A stretch of 64,000 nucleotides of DNA from positions 334,922 through 398,921 of the forward strand of contig CAYOOP010000001.1 in the NCBI GenBank assembly GCA_964405685.1, given 5' to 3'. Positions 39,734 to 49,371 of the stretch are shown one piece after another. The DNA is from an uncultured Rickettsiales bacterium (lineage in GTDB: Bacteria; Pseudomonadota; Alphaproteobacteria; Rickettsiales; SXRF01). Under the pieces are notes generated by a model. That model had not been told where the DNA came from. It searched no databases and worked only from the letters and a program-made list of their open reading frames with translations. A program made the translations under genes and the position numbers. Numbering within the stretch: the first letter of the stretch is position 1; each line of letters begins with the position of its first letter.

Positions 39734-39824
39734 GTCATCCTGCGAATCGCGTCAGCGATTGCGCAGGATCTTTATCGTATGGCACGAGATCCTGTGCTGA
39801 CGCTTCGGCATTCCACAGGATGAC
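39734..39824. repeat. 91-bp palindromic repeat element with GTCATCCTG / CAGGATGAC termini
   Basis: 9-bp terminal inverted repeats at 39734-39742 and 39816-39824. The unit ATCCTG(C/T)G occurs four times in alternating orientation, forming two internal hairpins. Confidence 0.65.
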
Positions 39825-39890
39825 GACACTTGAAAAACTCTCTAATCTGAGTTACATAAATCTTCTCTCCTCATTTCATACGGATTCCCC

Positions 39891-41279
39891 ATGACCACTT
39901 CATTTGACATCATTATCATCGGCGGCGGGCCGGGCGGCTATGTGTGCGCTATTCGTGCGGCACAGCTGGGCTTTAGCGTGGCGTGCGTTGAGAAACGTGG
40001 GGCACTCGGTGGTACGTGTTTGAATGTGGGGTGTATTCCTTCGAAAGCGCTGCTTGATAGCTCGGAGAAATACGAAGAAGCGACACATCACTTCGCAGAT
40101 CACGGCATCAAAACCAAAGTCGAACTTGATCTAAAAACCATGATGGCGCGCAAAGACAAAGTCGTAGTTGATCTTACCAAAGGCATCGAGGGCCTCTTCA
40201 AGAAAAACAAAGTGACTTACATCACCGGCGCTGGACAAATCACCAAAGCGGGTGAAGTCACGGTCGGCAAAGATGTCTACCAAGCCAAACACATCATCAT
40301 CGCAACCGGCTCGGATATCATGCCGCTGCCGGGTGTTGCGATTGATGAAGATCGTATTGTCTCCTCGACCGGCGCACTTAAATTGCCGGAAGTGCCGGAA
40401 CATCTCGTCGTCATCGGCGGCGGCGTCATTGGGCTTGAAATGGGCTCGGTGTGGAAACGTTTGGGTTCCAAGGTCACCGTCGTAGAATTCTTGGATAAAA
40501 TCGGCGGCGGACTGGATAGCGAAATCGCAAAACTCTTCCAACGCACGCTTGAAAAGCAAGGCTTCGAATTCAAGCTCGGCACCAAAGTCACCGGCAGTAC
40601 TGTAAAGGGTAAGAGCGTGGTGCTTACGATGGAACCTGCTGCAGGCGGCGCGAAAGAAGAATTGAAAGCAGACCGCGTACTCGTGGCGATTGGTCGCAAA
40701 CCCTATACCGAAGGTTTGGGTCTCGATAAAGTCGGCGTGAAATCAGACGAACGTGGACGTATTGTGGTCGATAGCCACTTCCAAACCAACGTGCCCGGTA
40801 TTTACGCTATTGGCGACGTGATCGCCGGCCCTATGCTTGCGCATAAGGCGGAAGATGAAGGCGTGGTACTCGCAGAAATGCTTGCAGGCCAAAAGCCGCA
40901 CATTGATTACAACCTCATTCCGGGCGTGATTTACACTTGGCCAGAAGTGGCCGTTGTCGGCAAAACCGAAGAGCAATTGAAAACTGAAGGCGTTGCCTAT
41001 AGCGTCGGCAAATTCCCCTTCATGGCCAACTCCCGCGGCCGCGCCGTAGGGCAGGTGGATGGCACCGTTAAGCTATTGGCAGATAAGCGAACAGACCGGG
41101 TATTGGGTGCCCACATCATCGGCCCGGATGCCGGCACGCTAATCCACGAAATCTGCATCGCCATGGAATTTGGTGGCTCGTCGGAGGACATCGCCCGTAC
41201 CTGCCACGCCCACCCCACCCTAAACGAAGCCGTGAAAGAGGCCGCTTTGGCCGCTTTGGGCCGGGCCGTCCATATCTAA
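39891..41279 (+). CDS. lpdA: dihydrolipoyl dehydrogenase (E3)
   Basis: 462 aa with FAD motif [10 protein letters not shown], redox disulfide [13 protein letters not shown], and C-terminal HAHPTLNEA. Confidence 0.95.
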   Translation: MTTSFDIIIIGGGPGGYVCAIRAAQLGFSVACVEKRGALGGTCLNVGCIPSKALLDSSEKYEEATHHFADHGIKTKVELDLKTMMARKDKVVVDLTKGIEGLFKKNKVTYITGAGQITKAGEVTVGKDVYQAKHIIIATGSDIMPLPGVAIDEDRIVSSTGALKLPEVPEHLVVIGGGVIGLEMGSVWKRLGSKVTVVEFLDKIGGGLDSEIAKLFQRTLEKQGFEFKLGTKVTGSTVKGKSVVLTMEPAAGGAKEELKADRVLVAIGRKPYTEGLGLDKVGVKSDERGRIVVDSHFQTNVPGIYAIGDVIAGPMLAHKAEDEGVVLAEMLAGQKPHIDYNLIPGVIYTWPEVAVVGKTEEQLKTEGVAYSVGKFPFMANSRGRAVGQVDGTVKLLADKRTDRVLGAHIIGPDAGTLIHEICIAMEFGGSSEDIARTCHAHPTLNEAVKEAALAALGRAVHI

Positions 41280-41345
41280 ATTCACCGAACTGTCACAAAA
41301 CCGGGTGTTAATTTAGGTTATAATTGAAGCTATAAGAGGGGTCTT

Positions 41346-42647
41346 ATGGCTAAAACAACTCCACTGCACGAAGCTGTATGGAAAGGCGATATTGAAGCCA
41401 TCGCCAAGCTGCGCAACGAAGCGGGCGAAAAATGGTTTGAATTGCTTACGAAGAAAACCGACCCCTTTGGCGACACGCCGCTACATATTGCAGCACGCAA
41501 AGAAAATGAAAAAGCCATCGATGAATTGTTTCGGGGGCTAACCCAAGACGAACGCGATACATTACGCGCACAAGAAGACAGCCGAGGACGCACGCCTCCG
41601 CAATCTCTCAACAATGAGGGGGGTTCGGTTGAGAAAGTAGTGGTGGCACTTGGGAACAATCAAGACGCACCGACTGCATCCTCCACTTCCCCCGCAAAAC
41701 CAAAACGCGTCTATTCCCTGCGTGATGCCGCACTTGATAACAATGTTGCCGCTATTGTCGGAATCCGCAATGGAATGAAAAAAGAACAGTGGATAGACGC
41801 CTTGGGAGCCGAGAGCCCTCACGGGGATACACCCTTGCGTTTGGCGGTACGGGCAGGGCATGAGGAGGCTATCGCCGAATTATTTCATGGCCTGAGTGAG
41901 GAAAAAAGAAAAGAGCTGCTGGACAAAGAAAACGCGCGCCATCGTACGCTTGCAGATGAGATGAAGCAATTTGCAAATACTGCAAAATACGCCGCCCTAA
42001 CAGCGGTGCTAGAGAGTAGGGAAGATACAGGGGTGCCTCTCATTGCCGAAACCCCTAAACCCAAAACGCCAGAAAAAGCGGAAGAGCCATTACCCCTTTT
42101 GTTTACAGCAGAAGAGCCCAAACAAAGAAATACGCCTTCCGTGGCTGATGCGCCGAAGGAAAACCCAGATGCGCCAGTCGCTGCAATACCACCCCCCGCA
42201 CGTTCGTTTTTTGGTGGCACACCTGCCGAATCCAACAATCCATCACGCGACAATAAAGCATCTCAGCCACAACAAGCCCTGGGCAATATTTTGGCGCTGA
42301 CTGATCACAACGACGATGGGGCAACCTCGTGGAGTGAGTTTAAAACATTCGTAGCCACACGCGGCAAAGAAGTCGCCAAATTCCTCGATACCAACGGCGA
42401 TGGAAAACTTGATGCAAGGGAGCTAGGAGGAAAAGCGCTGACAGATGCGATTGTAAATTCCGGGCTAAACTATAACGACCCGAGAATTATAGGTGGGCTG
42501 CCAGAGGCTGCTAAAAGCTTGGCGAAGATGTTGCACCAAAGCGGCGTGGTGCATGATTACAATGCCCCTCAAAGCCCACAGGGAAACAAGCCGCTGGCGG
42601 AGTTGACCCAGCCCATGAAAATGGGACCTAAGGTGCCGGGCGGCTAG
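41346..42647 (+). CDS. ankyrin-like repeat protein with Pro-rich linker and C-terminal EF-hand pair
   Basis: 433 aa with no signal peptide. Two internally duplicated modules carry ANK-type cores (TPLHEAVWKGDIEAIAKL; GDTPLHIAARKENEKAIDELF; GDTPLRLAVRAGHEEAIAELF). Two canonical 12-residue EF loops: DHNDDGATSWSE (aa 320-331) and DTNGDGKLDARE (aa 348-359). Confidence 0.7.
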   Translation: MAKTTPLHEAVWKGDIEAIAKLRNEAGEKWFELLTKKTDPFGDTPLHIAARKENEKAIDELFRGLTQDERDTLRAQEDSRGRTPPQSLNNEGGSVEKVVVALGNNQDAPTASSTSPAKPKRVYSLRDAALDNNVAAIVGIRNGMKKEQWIDALGAESPHGDTPLRLAVRAGHEEAIAELFHGLSEEKRKELLDKENARHRTLADEMKQFANTAKYAALTAVLESREDTGVPLIAETPKPKTPEKAEEPLPLLFTAEEPKQRNTPSVADAPKENPDAPVAAIPPPARSFFGGTPAESNNPSRDNKASQPQQALGNILALTDHNDDGATSWSEFKTFVATRGKEVAKFLDTNGDGKLDARELGGKALTDAIVNSGLNYNDPRIIGGLPEAAKSLAKMLHQSGVVHDYNAPQSPQGNKPLAELTQPMKMGPKVPGG

Positions 42648-43079
42648 TCATACCGCCTTGATCATCTTAATCGTGTGCAGAGAGACTTCTAAAAATTCAT
42701 CGCCAACGACTACATATCCCTGTTTTTCGTAAAAGCCCTGCGCGGTTTTGCGGGCTTTGGTTTCAACGGTTTGAAACCCGCGCTCCCGGGCTAGATTTTC
42801 TGCAAAAATAACAAGTTGTGCTCCAATGCCTTGCCCTTGATAGTCGGGAAGCACTGCCATTTGTCGCAGGCGGATGGTGGTTTGATCGAGCGGACGCAAC
42901 AGCACACAACCGATGATACGCTTGCCATCCATGGCCGCAATGTGGTACTCTCCTTCGTCCAGCGCGGTATCTTCCGGGCGTAGCTTCATATGGATAGGCT
43001 TACGCAAGACATCGTAGCGAAGGTCCAGGAGTGTTTGATACTCGGGACTAGCGAATTTTACTTCTTGAATAGAAATCAT
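42648..43079 (-). CDS. GNAT family N-acetyltransferase
   Basis: 143 aa with acetyl-CoA motif A VLPDYQGQGIGAQLV. Its stop codon abuts the stop of the ANK gene (0-nt gap, convergent). Confidence 0.85.
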   Translation of the reverse strand: MISIQEVKFASPEYQTLLDLRYDVLRKPIHMKLRPEDTALDEGEYHIAAMDGKRIIGCVLLRPLDQTTIRLRQMAVLPDYQGQGIGAQLVIFAENLARERGFQTVETKARKTAQGFYEKQGYVVVGDEFLEVSLHTIKMIKAV

Positions 43080-43097
43080 AGGTTTAATCAGCGGGGC

Positions 43098-43126
43098 TTG
43101 AAATTTTTCCCTTCCGGGCCTATAAT
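43098..43126 (+). promoter_or_regulatory. sigma-70-type promoter for rpoH (TTGAAA-N17-TATAAT)
   Basis: TTGAAA at 43098-43103, a 17-nt spacer, and TATAAT at 43121-43126. SD AAGGAG at 43136-43141 and ATG at 43148. Confidence 0.55.
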
Positions 43127-43147
43127 AACTGACCTAAGGAGTCAACA

Positions 43148-44047
43148 ATGACCAGAGTACCACCGAGATCCAAAGCCATAGCGATCCCAATGCCCGCTAG
43201 CATTTCGCTCGAGGATGGGTTTCGCAAATACATGCAAGCAATCGCCAAATTCCCGATGCTCTCGGCGAAGGATGAGTACGACCTCTCCGTGCGCTGGCGC
43301 ACGCACGGTGATGTCGATGCCGCGCATCAACTGGTGACCAGCCATTTGCGCTTGGTGCCCAAACTTGCCAACAAATACCGCGGCTACGGCCTGCCGATGG
43401 CCGAACTCATCGCCGAAGGTAACATCGGCCTCATGCAAGCCGTGAAGCGTTTTGAGCCCGAGCGTGGTTTTCGCTTAACCACCTATGCCATGTGGTGGAT
43501 CAAGGCTTCGATGCAAGAATATATTTTACGCTCGTGGTCACTGGTGAAAGTGGGCTCCTCTGCTGCACAAAAACGCCTGTTCTTCAACCTGCGCAAGCTG
43601 AAGAAAAAAATGGGCACAGCGCATAATTTGGAGCTTTCCGATGCGCATGTGAGCGACATCGCGCAAATACTTTCAGTTAGCAAAGAAGACGTGGTGGACA
43701 TGGACCGTCGGATGACGGCGGCCGATGTGTACCTCAATTCGCCGATGAACAGCGAAGAGGGCGACGCCGAGAAAATGGATTTTTTGGCCGACACCGCTGA
43801 GTTGCACGATGAAACGCTAGAGAAACAGCAAGAGGCCACCCGCCTTAATGCTTCGCTCGCCAGCGCGCTCGCAACACTGAATGAACGCGAACGCGAAATC
43901 ATCATCAAGCGTCGCTTGCGAGATGATCCGTCGACGCTAGAAGAGCTAAGCGCTGTGTTTGGCATCTCGCGCGAACGCGTGCGCCAGATTGAAGTGCGCG
44001 CATTTGAGAAGCTGCAAAAAACCATGCTAAGCACAAAAGTCGCTTAG
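43148..44047 (+). CDS. rpoH: RNA polymerase sigma-32 (heat-shock sigma factor)
   Basis: 299 aa with RpoH box QKRLFFNLRKLKKKM and sigma-70 regions 2 and 4. ATG 43148 is preceded by AAGGAG at a 6-nt spacing and by a near-consensus promoter. Confidence 0.93.
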   Translation: MTRVPPRSKAIAIPMPASISLEDGFRKYMQAIAKFPMLSAKDEYDLSVRWRTHGDVDAAHQLVTSHLRLVPKLANKYRGYGLPMAELIAEGNIGLMQAVKRFEPERGFRLTTYAMWWIKASMQEYILRSWSLVKVGSSAAQKRLFFNLRKLKKKMGTAHNLELSDAHVSDIAQILSVSKEDVVDMDRRMTAADVYLNSPMNSEEGDAEKMDFLADTAELHDETLEKQQEATRLNASLASALATLNEREREIIIKRRLRDDPSTLEELSAVFGISRERVRQIEVRAFEKLQKTMLSTKVA

Positions 44048-44497
44048 ATGCTCGGTACGCTGAAAAGAATCCTAACCCCTTCTGCCGGTGCATATGCCGT
44101 CTATGCCGAGTTGGTCGCACAGTCGCGCGCACCGTTTCTTTTCACCGAATGCGGCATTCCCGATACGCTTGATGGTCGCTATGAATCGATCATTTTGCAT
44201 CTGCATTTTGCTGCCCAAACCGCAACGCCCGGGTTCAAACAAACGCTTATGGAATGCTTCATTGAAGACATGGATAGGAGCCTTCGGGAGATGGGAGTAG
44301 GGGATACGGGCGTTGGCAAGCGCGTGAAGAAAATGGCTGCCGGCCTCTTTGGTCGTCTAGAGGCTTATGCGCAAGCAAATGATGCTGCGGCGCTCAAGGA
44401 CGTACTGATTCGCAATGTCTACAGCACCAGCGAAACACCCCCCACCGATGCGCAAGTCGATGCACTGGTGGCCTATATTGAGAAACGCCGCGCTTAA
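44048..44497 (+). CDS. ubiquinol-cytochrome c chaperone (Cbp3-like) domain protein
   Basis: 149 aa. VYAELVAQSRAPFLFTECGIPDTLDGRYESIILHL matches my memory of the bacterial Ubiq_cyt_C_chap family. The start codon directly follows the rpoH stop. Confidence 0.55.
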   Translation: MLGTLKRILTPSAGAYAVYAELVAQSRAPFLFTECGIPDTLDGRYESIILHLHFAAQTATPGFKQTLMECFIEDMDRSLREMGVGDTGVGKRVKKMAAGLFGRLEAYAQANDAAALKDVLIRNVYSTSETPPTDAQVDALVAYIEKRRA

Positions 44498-44558
44498 TTT
44501 TTACTTGTAGGCTGAGCGTTTGCAGCTATATTTGCCTTTCACACTGAAAGGAATCCCC

Positions 44559-45872
44559 ATGCCCGCCGCCGCCGAAAAAAATGCGTTCACCGATTACAAA
44601 GTCAAAGACTTCTCGCTTGCAAGCTGGGGCCGCAAGGAAATCTCGATCGCCGAAAGCGAAATGCCGGGCCTGATGGCGTTACGTAAAGAATATGGCAAAA
44701 GCCAACCGCTTAAAGGTGCGCGTATTGTTGGCTGTTTACACATGACGATTCAAACCGCCGTGTTGATTGAAACCCTCACCCATTTAGGTGCCGAAGTGCG
44801 CTGGAGCAGCTGCAATATTTTCTCGACGCAAGACCAAGCCGCTGCGGCGATTGCCGCCGCGGGCATTCCGGTATTTGCATGGAAAGGCGAGACAGAAGAA
44901 GAATACGAATGGTGTATTGAGCAAACGCTGCGTGGGTCTAATGGCTGGACACCCAATATGATTCTAGATGACGGCGGCGACGTCACGCTCATCATGCACA
45001 ATAAATATCCTGAAATGCTAAAAGACGTGCGCGGCATTTCGGAAGAAACCACCACCGGCGTACACCGCCTGCATGAGATGGTGAAGGCAGGCAGACTGCT
45101 CGTTCCGGCGATTGACGTGAATAACTCCGTAACGAAATCCAAATTTGATAATCTTTATGGCTGCCGCGAATCACTGCCCGATGGGTTGAAACGTGCAACT
45201 GATGTGATGCTTGCTGGCAAGCTGTGTGTCGTCGCTGGGTTTGGTGATGTGGGCAAGGGCTGCGCTGCCTCGCTCAAAACGCAAGGCGCACGCGTGATTG
45301 TCACTGAAATCGATCCCATCTGCGCACTGCAAGCGGCGATGGAAGGCTACCAAGTCACCACCTTGGAAGAAGCGGCTCCGATTGCTGATATCTTCGTCAC
45401 CGCCACCGGCAACGAAGATATTATTACGCTGGACCACATGCGCGCGATGAAAGATCGCGCGATTGTCTGCAACATCGGCCACTTCGATAGTGAAATCCAA
45501 GTTGCAGCACTTAAAAACATGAAGTGGTCTGAAGTGAAACCGCAGGTGGACGAGGTCGAATTCCCTGATGGTAAGCGCATCATCCTGCTCGCTAAGGGCC
45601 GCTTAGTGAACTTGGGCTGCGCCACCGGCCACCCCAGCTTCGTGATGAGCACCTCGTTTTCCAACCAGGTGATTGCGCAAATCGAACTGTGGAACAATTA
45701 TAAAAACTACGATAACAAAGTGTATGTGCTGCCTAAACACCTCGATGAAAAAGTAGCAGCATTGCACCTTGAAAAGCTTGGCGTGAAACTGACCAAGCTC
45801 ACCAAAAAACAGGCGGATTACATTGGCGTTAAACCCGAAGGACCCTTTAAACCTGACGCCTACAGATACTAA
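44559..45872 (+). CDS. ahcY: adenosylhomocysteinase
   Basis: Start at ATG 44559 ([28 protein letters not shown]). NAD motif [10 protein letters not shown], and C-terminal ...KPDAYRY. Confidence 0.95.
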   Translation: MPAAAEKNAFTDYKVKDFSLASWGRKEISIAESEMPGLMALRKEYGKSQPLKGARIVGCLHMTIQTAVLIETLTHLGAEVRWSSCNIFSTQDQAAAAIAAAGIPVFAWKGETEEEYEWCIEQTLRGSNGWTPNMILDDGGDVTLIMHNKYPEMLKDVRGISEETTTGVHRLHEMVKAGRLLVPAIDVNNSVTKSKFDNLYGCRESLPDGLKRATDVMLAGKLCVVAGFGDVGKGCAASLKTQGARVIVTEIDPICALQAAMEGYQVTTLEEAAPIADIFVTATGNEDIITLDHMRAMKDRAIVCNIGHFDSEIQVAALKNMKWSEVKPQVDEVEFPDGKRIILLAKGRLVNLGCATGHPSFVMSTSFSNQVIAQIELWNNYKNYDNKVYVLPKHLDEKVAALHLEKLGVKLTKLTKKQADYIGVKPEGPFKPDAYRY

Positions 45873-45874
45873 CT

Positions 45875-46426
45875 ATGCTCGCAATGCAATATTCGATTCC
45901 GCTGCCGCATGCGATGGATGCGGCGAAGATCCGTGAACGCGTGGAGCGCAGGAAACCGCTGTTTGATAACCACAAGGGCCTGGTACATAAATCCTTTGTC
46001 TATAGCGCTGAGGATCACGTTTACGCCCCGTTTTACGTGTGGAAAGATGTCGAGCAAGCAAAGCATTTTCTGCTCGATGAACTCTACCAAGGCGTCATCG
46101 AATCCTTCGGCCGCCACCGCGTGCGTTCGTGGCTCATCATTGGTTATGGCGCAAGCAAGAAAAAATTCGTGGCAACGCATGCATTACGTGAGATTGATTC
46201 GGTGGCACCGGAGCGCTTAAGCCTTTTTTCCGAACGCGAAAAAAACCATCAAAGCGAGCTGATGAGTAAGCACAAAGAACTGTGCCTCCACGTCACCGCG
46301 CTCGATGCTGATCGCTGGGAAGTCATGCGTTTTTCGCTGTGGAGCCGCCCGCTGAAAGAGGCAGAGTTCAACCCTAAATCTGACTGCCAGCAGCATTATG
46401 AAGTGCTGCACGTGAGTGGGGCTTAG
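45875..46426 (+). CDS. conserved hypothetical protein (probably DUF4865 family)
   Basis: 183 aa. MLAMQYSIPLPHAMDAAKIRERV...YAPFYVWKDVEQAKHFL resembles DUF4865 from memory; not verified. Only 2 nt downstream of ahcY. Confidence 0.45.
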   Translation: MLAMQYSIPLPHAMDAAKIRERVERRKPLFDNHKGLVHKSFVYSAEDHVYAPFYVWKDVEQAKHFLLDELYQGVIESFGRHRVRSWLIIGYGASKKKFVATHALREIDSVAPERLSLFSEREKNHQSELMSKHKELCLHVTALDADRWEVMRFSLWSRPLKEAEFNPKSDCQQHYEVLHVSGA

Positions 46427-46893
46427 CGTCGCCCACGGGTGCCGGAAACGCCGCCAGCGCCGCCCGGCGTGGTTCCCGGAGAATTAAACCGGCCCACGTT
46501 GCCAAGAAGCTGATCGATAAAAGTAAGCTCTTGCCCTTCGGTGGCCGTCTCGCGCTTAGCGATTGCAATATCCCGCATGCTGGCCTTATCGAATTTCTCC
46601 ACGGCGGCCACCGTACCATCGGTATTAAAGGCAATACGCAACACGTTTTGATCGGTAATTTCCGGCTTAAAGAAGGCGAAAGACTCTTTTCTGGCCATCA
46701 CGTAATACCAGGTTTCTTGGCCGAAACTGGCAGTGGTCGAGGGTGAGCCAAAAGTAGTCAGCACCTTATCACGGGTAGTTTCCCCGACCTTAATTTGCGC
46801 ATAAGCGTCCGCGTCCGCAATGTGGCCGCGGGTTTCCACATTCGGTGAGCAGGCGGTCAGGCTTAGGCAAAAGAGCAAAAAAAAGCGTTTCAT
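46423..46893 (-). CDS. bamE: outer membrane protein assembly factor BamE (SmpA/OmlA lipoprotein)
   Basis: ATG 46893 gives MKRFFLLFCLSLTAC with a lipobox. IKVGETTRDKVLTTFGSPS is typical of BamE. Gly/Arg-rich tail. Confidence 0.85.
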   Translation of the reverse strand: MKRFFLLFCLSLTACSPNVETRGHIADADAYAQIKVGETTRDKVLTTFGSPSTTASFGQETWYYVMARKESFAFFKPEITDQNVLRIAFNTDGTVAAVEKFDKASMRDIAIAKRETATEGQELTFIDQLLGNVGRFNSPGTTPGGAGGVSGTRGRR

Positions 46894-46976
46894 GGGCCCC
46901 AACTCTAAGCTTTTGGCATTGCTTTTTCCAGCGGTTTTACTAGAGTGCCGCTTTAATTTTTATCAATGAGGGCACT

Positions 46977-47552
46977 ATGGGCATTATGCCAGATAGCTGG
47001 ATTCGCGAACACGCCGCCAAAGGTATGATTGAGCCTTATGTGGAAAACCTCCAGCGTGAGGGTGTGATTTCTTACGGCGTGTCCTCCTACGGCTACGATG
47101 CGCGGGTTTCTGACGAGTTCAAAATCTTCACTAATGTCGATTCTGCCATCGTTGACCCCAAAAGCTTCGACCAGAAGGGGTTTGTTGACCGCAAAACCGA
47201 TTGCTGCATCATCCCGCCCAACAGCTTTGCACTCGCCCGCACGGTCGAATATTTCCGCATTCCGCGGGATGTGCTGGTGGTGTGCGTAGGCAAAAGCACC
47301 TATGCACGCTGCGGGATTATCGTCAACGTCACTCCGCTGGAGCCCGAATGGGAAGGGCATGTGACGCTGGAGTTTTCCAATACCACACCACTACCGGCGA
47401 AAATTTACGCCAACGAAGGCGCTTGCCAATTCTTGTTTTTAAAAGGCGACTCTATCTGTGAAACCTCCTACGGTGACCGCAAAGGCAAATACCAGGGCCA
47501 AAAAGGCGTGACCTTACCACGGATTGAGCCCAAGAAAAAAGAAGTGGCGTAA
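46977..47552 (+). CDS. dcd: dCTP deaminase
   Basis: 191 aa with [46 protein letters not shown]. Confidence 0.93.
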   Translation: MGIMPDSWIREHAAKGMIEPYVENLQREGVISYGVSSYGYDARVSDEFKIFTNVDSAIVDPKSFDQKGFVDRKTDCCIIPPNSFALARTVEYFRIPRDVLVVCVGKSTYARCGIIVNVTPLEPEWEGHVTLEFSNTTPLPAKIYANEGACQFLFLKGDSICETSYGDRKGKYQGQKGVTLPRIEPKKKEVA

Positions 47553-47557
47553 AACCT

Positions 47558-48088
47558 ATGCCCGAAGCACCTACGCACCCTTCCACCCAGGTAAAAGTCT
47601 CCGATATTACCGCAGACTCCTCGTTTGCTCAGAAAAGGGCTGAAATTACCCAGCAGGTCAGGAGTGATCTCCTGATGCTGATTGATGGCGAAAATCGTCG
47701 CATTAATCGATATGACCCCGCAAGCCCGCGCATTAACGATGCGATAAAAAACTTGCTGATGACGTTTGTGGAGGGCCTGGTCAAAGCCGAGTTTGACGGA
47801 AACACCGTTCCATCTGGCTCCCATAGGCAAAAATACTGTGTAGCAACTGAGGTGCGGTTATTACAAGAGGCGATGGAAGAGGTTTCCCTTATTGCTAGCT
47901 ATAAAGGCTCCAAGGATGAAGTGTTAGCAACGTTGGCTGGTACACCCATACGTTTAGTGGTTGAAGCCATGGATAAACACGGGCTGTCCGTTCCGGTTGA
48001 TGAGGATACAGTAAAGCTTCTAACGGATATGGATCGTAGCGCTATTCGTGACAGGCGCGCCAAATACTCTTACGATGTAGGCGCATGA
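47558..48088 (+). CDS. hypothetical protein
   Basis: 176 aa with no motif I recognise and no TM helix or signal peptide. Lies 5 nt after dcd and shares an ATGA overlap with murA. Coding status is inferred from this tight packing and from its codon usage resembling that of its neighbours. Confidence 0.55.
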   Translation: MPEAPTHPSTQVKVSDITADSSFAQKRAEITQQVRSDLLMLIDGENRRINRYDPASPRINDAIKNLLMTFVEGLVKAEFDGNTVPSGSHRQKYCVATEVRLLQEAMEEVSLIASYKGSKDEVLATLAGTPIRLVVEAMDKHGLSVPVDEDTVKLLTDMDRSAIRDRRAKYSYDVGA

Positions 48089-49371
48089 ATAAGCTCATCA
48101 TCACCGGCGGGAACCAATTACACGGCACCGTGCCAATCAGCGGCGCGAAGAATGCAGCATTGCCGCTCATGGCCGCATGTCTGCTGACTGACGAAACGCT
48201 TACGCTCACCAACGTGCCAGCACTCGCCGATATTACAACGATGCGTAAATTGTTGGAACAACATGGTGTAAAAGCCGTTACCAATAAGGCACTTTTGCTA
48301 AACGCTGGCAGCATCCATAATTTCACCGCGCCCTATGAATTGGTGCGTACCATGCGTGCCTCCGTGTTGGTGCTTGGGCCATTGCTTGCACGTTTTGGTG
48401 AAGCAAAAGTGTCGCTCCCCGGTGGCTGTGCGATTGGTACGCGGCCGATTGATTTGCATTTGAAAGCGCTTGAACAGCTCGGCGCAGAAATTGAATTGAA
48501 AGACGGCTACGTGCATGCACGCGTGGGCGGCCGGTTACAGGGCGCAGAAATTCAGTTTGAAAAGGTGTCCGTCGGTGCCACTGAAAATCTCTTGATGGCA
48601 GCAAGCCTCGCCAAAGGCACAACGATTTTGCACAACGCCGCACGCGAACCAGAAGTCACCGATCTTGCGCGTTGCCTCATTGCGATGGGTGCGCGCATCG
48701 AAGGCTTGGGTACCAGCAAGCTCACGATTGAAGGTGTGGATGCGCTCAACGGCTGCGACTATCGCGTGATTCCGGACCGCATTGAAGCCGGCAGCTTCGG
48801 CTGCGCCGCGGCGATTACCGGCGGTATGTTGGAACTGAAGGGCATTCAAGCCGATATCATGCAGGCGACCATTGATAAGTGGATTGAGGCAGGCATTGAC
48901 GTGCACGAGAATAAAAACGGTATTGTGGTGGATGCGCGCAATCGCAAACTCAAGGGCATTGATGTGATGACACAACCCTACAGCGGTTTTGCAACCGACA
49001 TGCAGGCGCAGTTTATGGCGATGCTTTCGGTCGCTGAAGGTGCTTCGATGATCACCGAAACGATTTTTGAAAACCGTTTTATGCATGTGCCGGAGTTGAC
49101 CCGCATGGGTGCTAACATCAACGTCCACGGTGCCTCTGCGATGGTGCGCGGCGTTTCGCACTTAAGCGGTGCCGAAGTCATGGCAACGGATTTACGCGCT
49201 TCGATTTCTCTCGTTATTGCCGCACTTGCTGCAGAAGGCGAAACCACGATTCACCGCGTCTATCACTTGGATCGCGGCTATGAAAAAATGGAAGAAAAAC
49301 TGAACGCCTGCGGCGCGAATATCGAGCGCATCCGCGAACTCGCGCCCGAACCGCTGGAAGAAGCAGCCTAA
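48085..49371 (+). CDS. murA: UDP-N-acetylglucosamine 1-carboxyvinyltransferase
   Basis: 428 aa with N-terminus [21 protein letters not shown], active-site loop [15 protein letters not shown]. Confidence 0.96.
   Translation: MNKLIITGGNQLHGTVPISGAKNAALPLMAACLLTDETLTLTNVPALADITTMRKLLEQHGVKAVTNKALLLNAGSIHNFTAPYELVRTMRASVLVLGPLLARFGEAKVSLPGGCAIGTRPIDLHLKALEQLGAEIELKDGYVHARVGGRLQGAEIQFEKVSVGATENLLMAASLAKGTTILHNAAREPEVTDLARCLIAMGARIEGLGTSKLTIEGVDALNGCDYRVIPDRIEAGSFGCAAAITGGMLELKGIQADIMQATIDKWIEAGIDVHENKNGIVVDARNRKLKGIDVMTQPYSGFATDMQAQFMAMLSVAEGASMITETIFENRFMHVPELTRMGANINVHGASAMVRGVSHLSGAEVMATDLRASISLVIAALAAEGETTIHRVYHLDRGYEKMEEKLNACGANIERIRELAPEPLEEAA

Noticed and set aside
44498-44558. A possible SAH riboswitch upstream of ahcY.
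   Set aside because: GAGCGTTTGCAGC loosely resembles the riboswitch 5' core. However, the region is only about 60 nt and lacks the complementary 3' pseudoknot partner. Only a simple hairpin is supportable.
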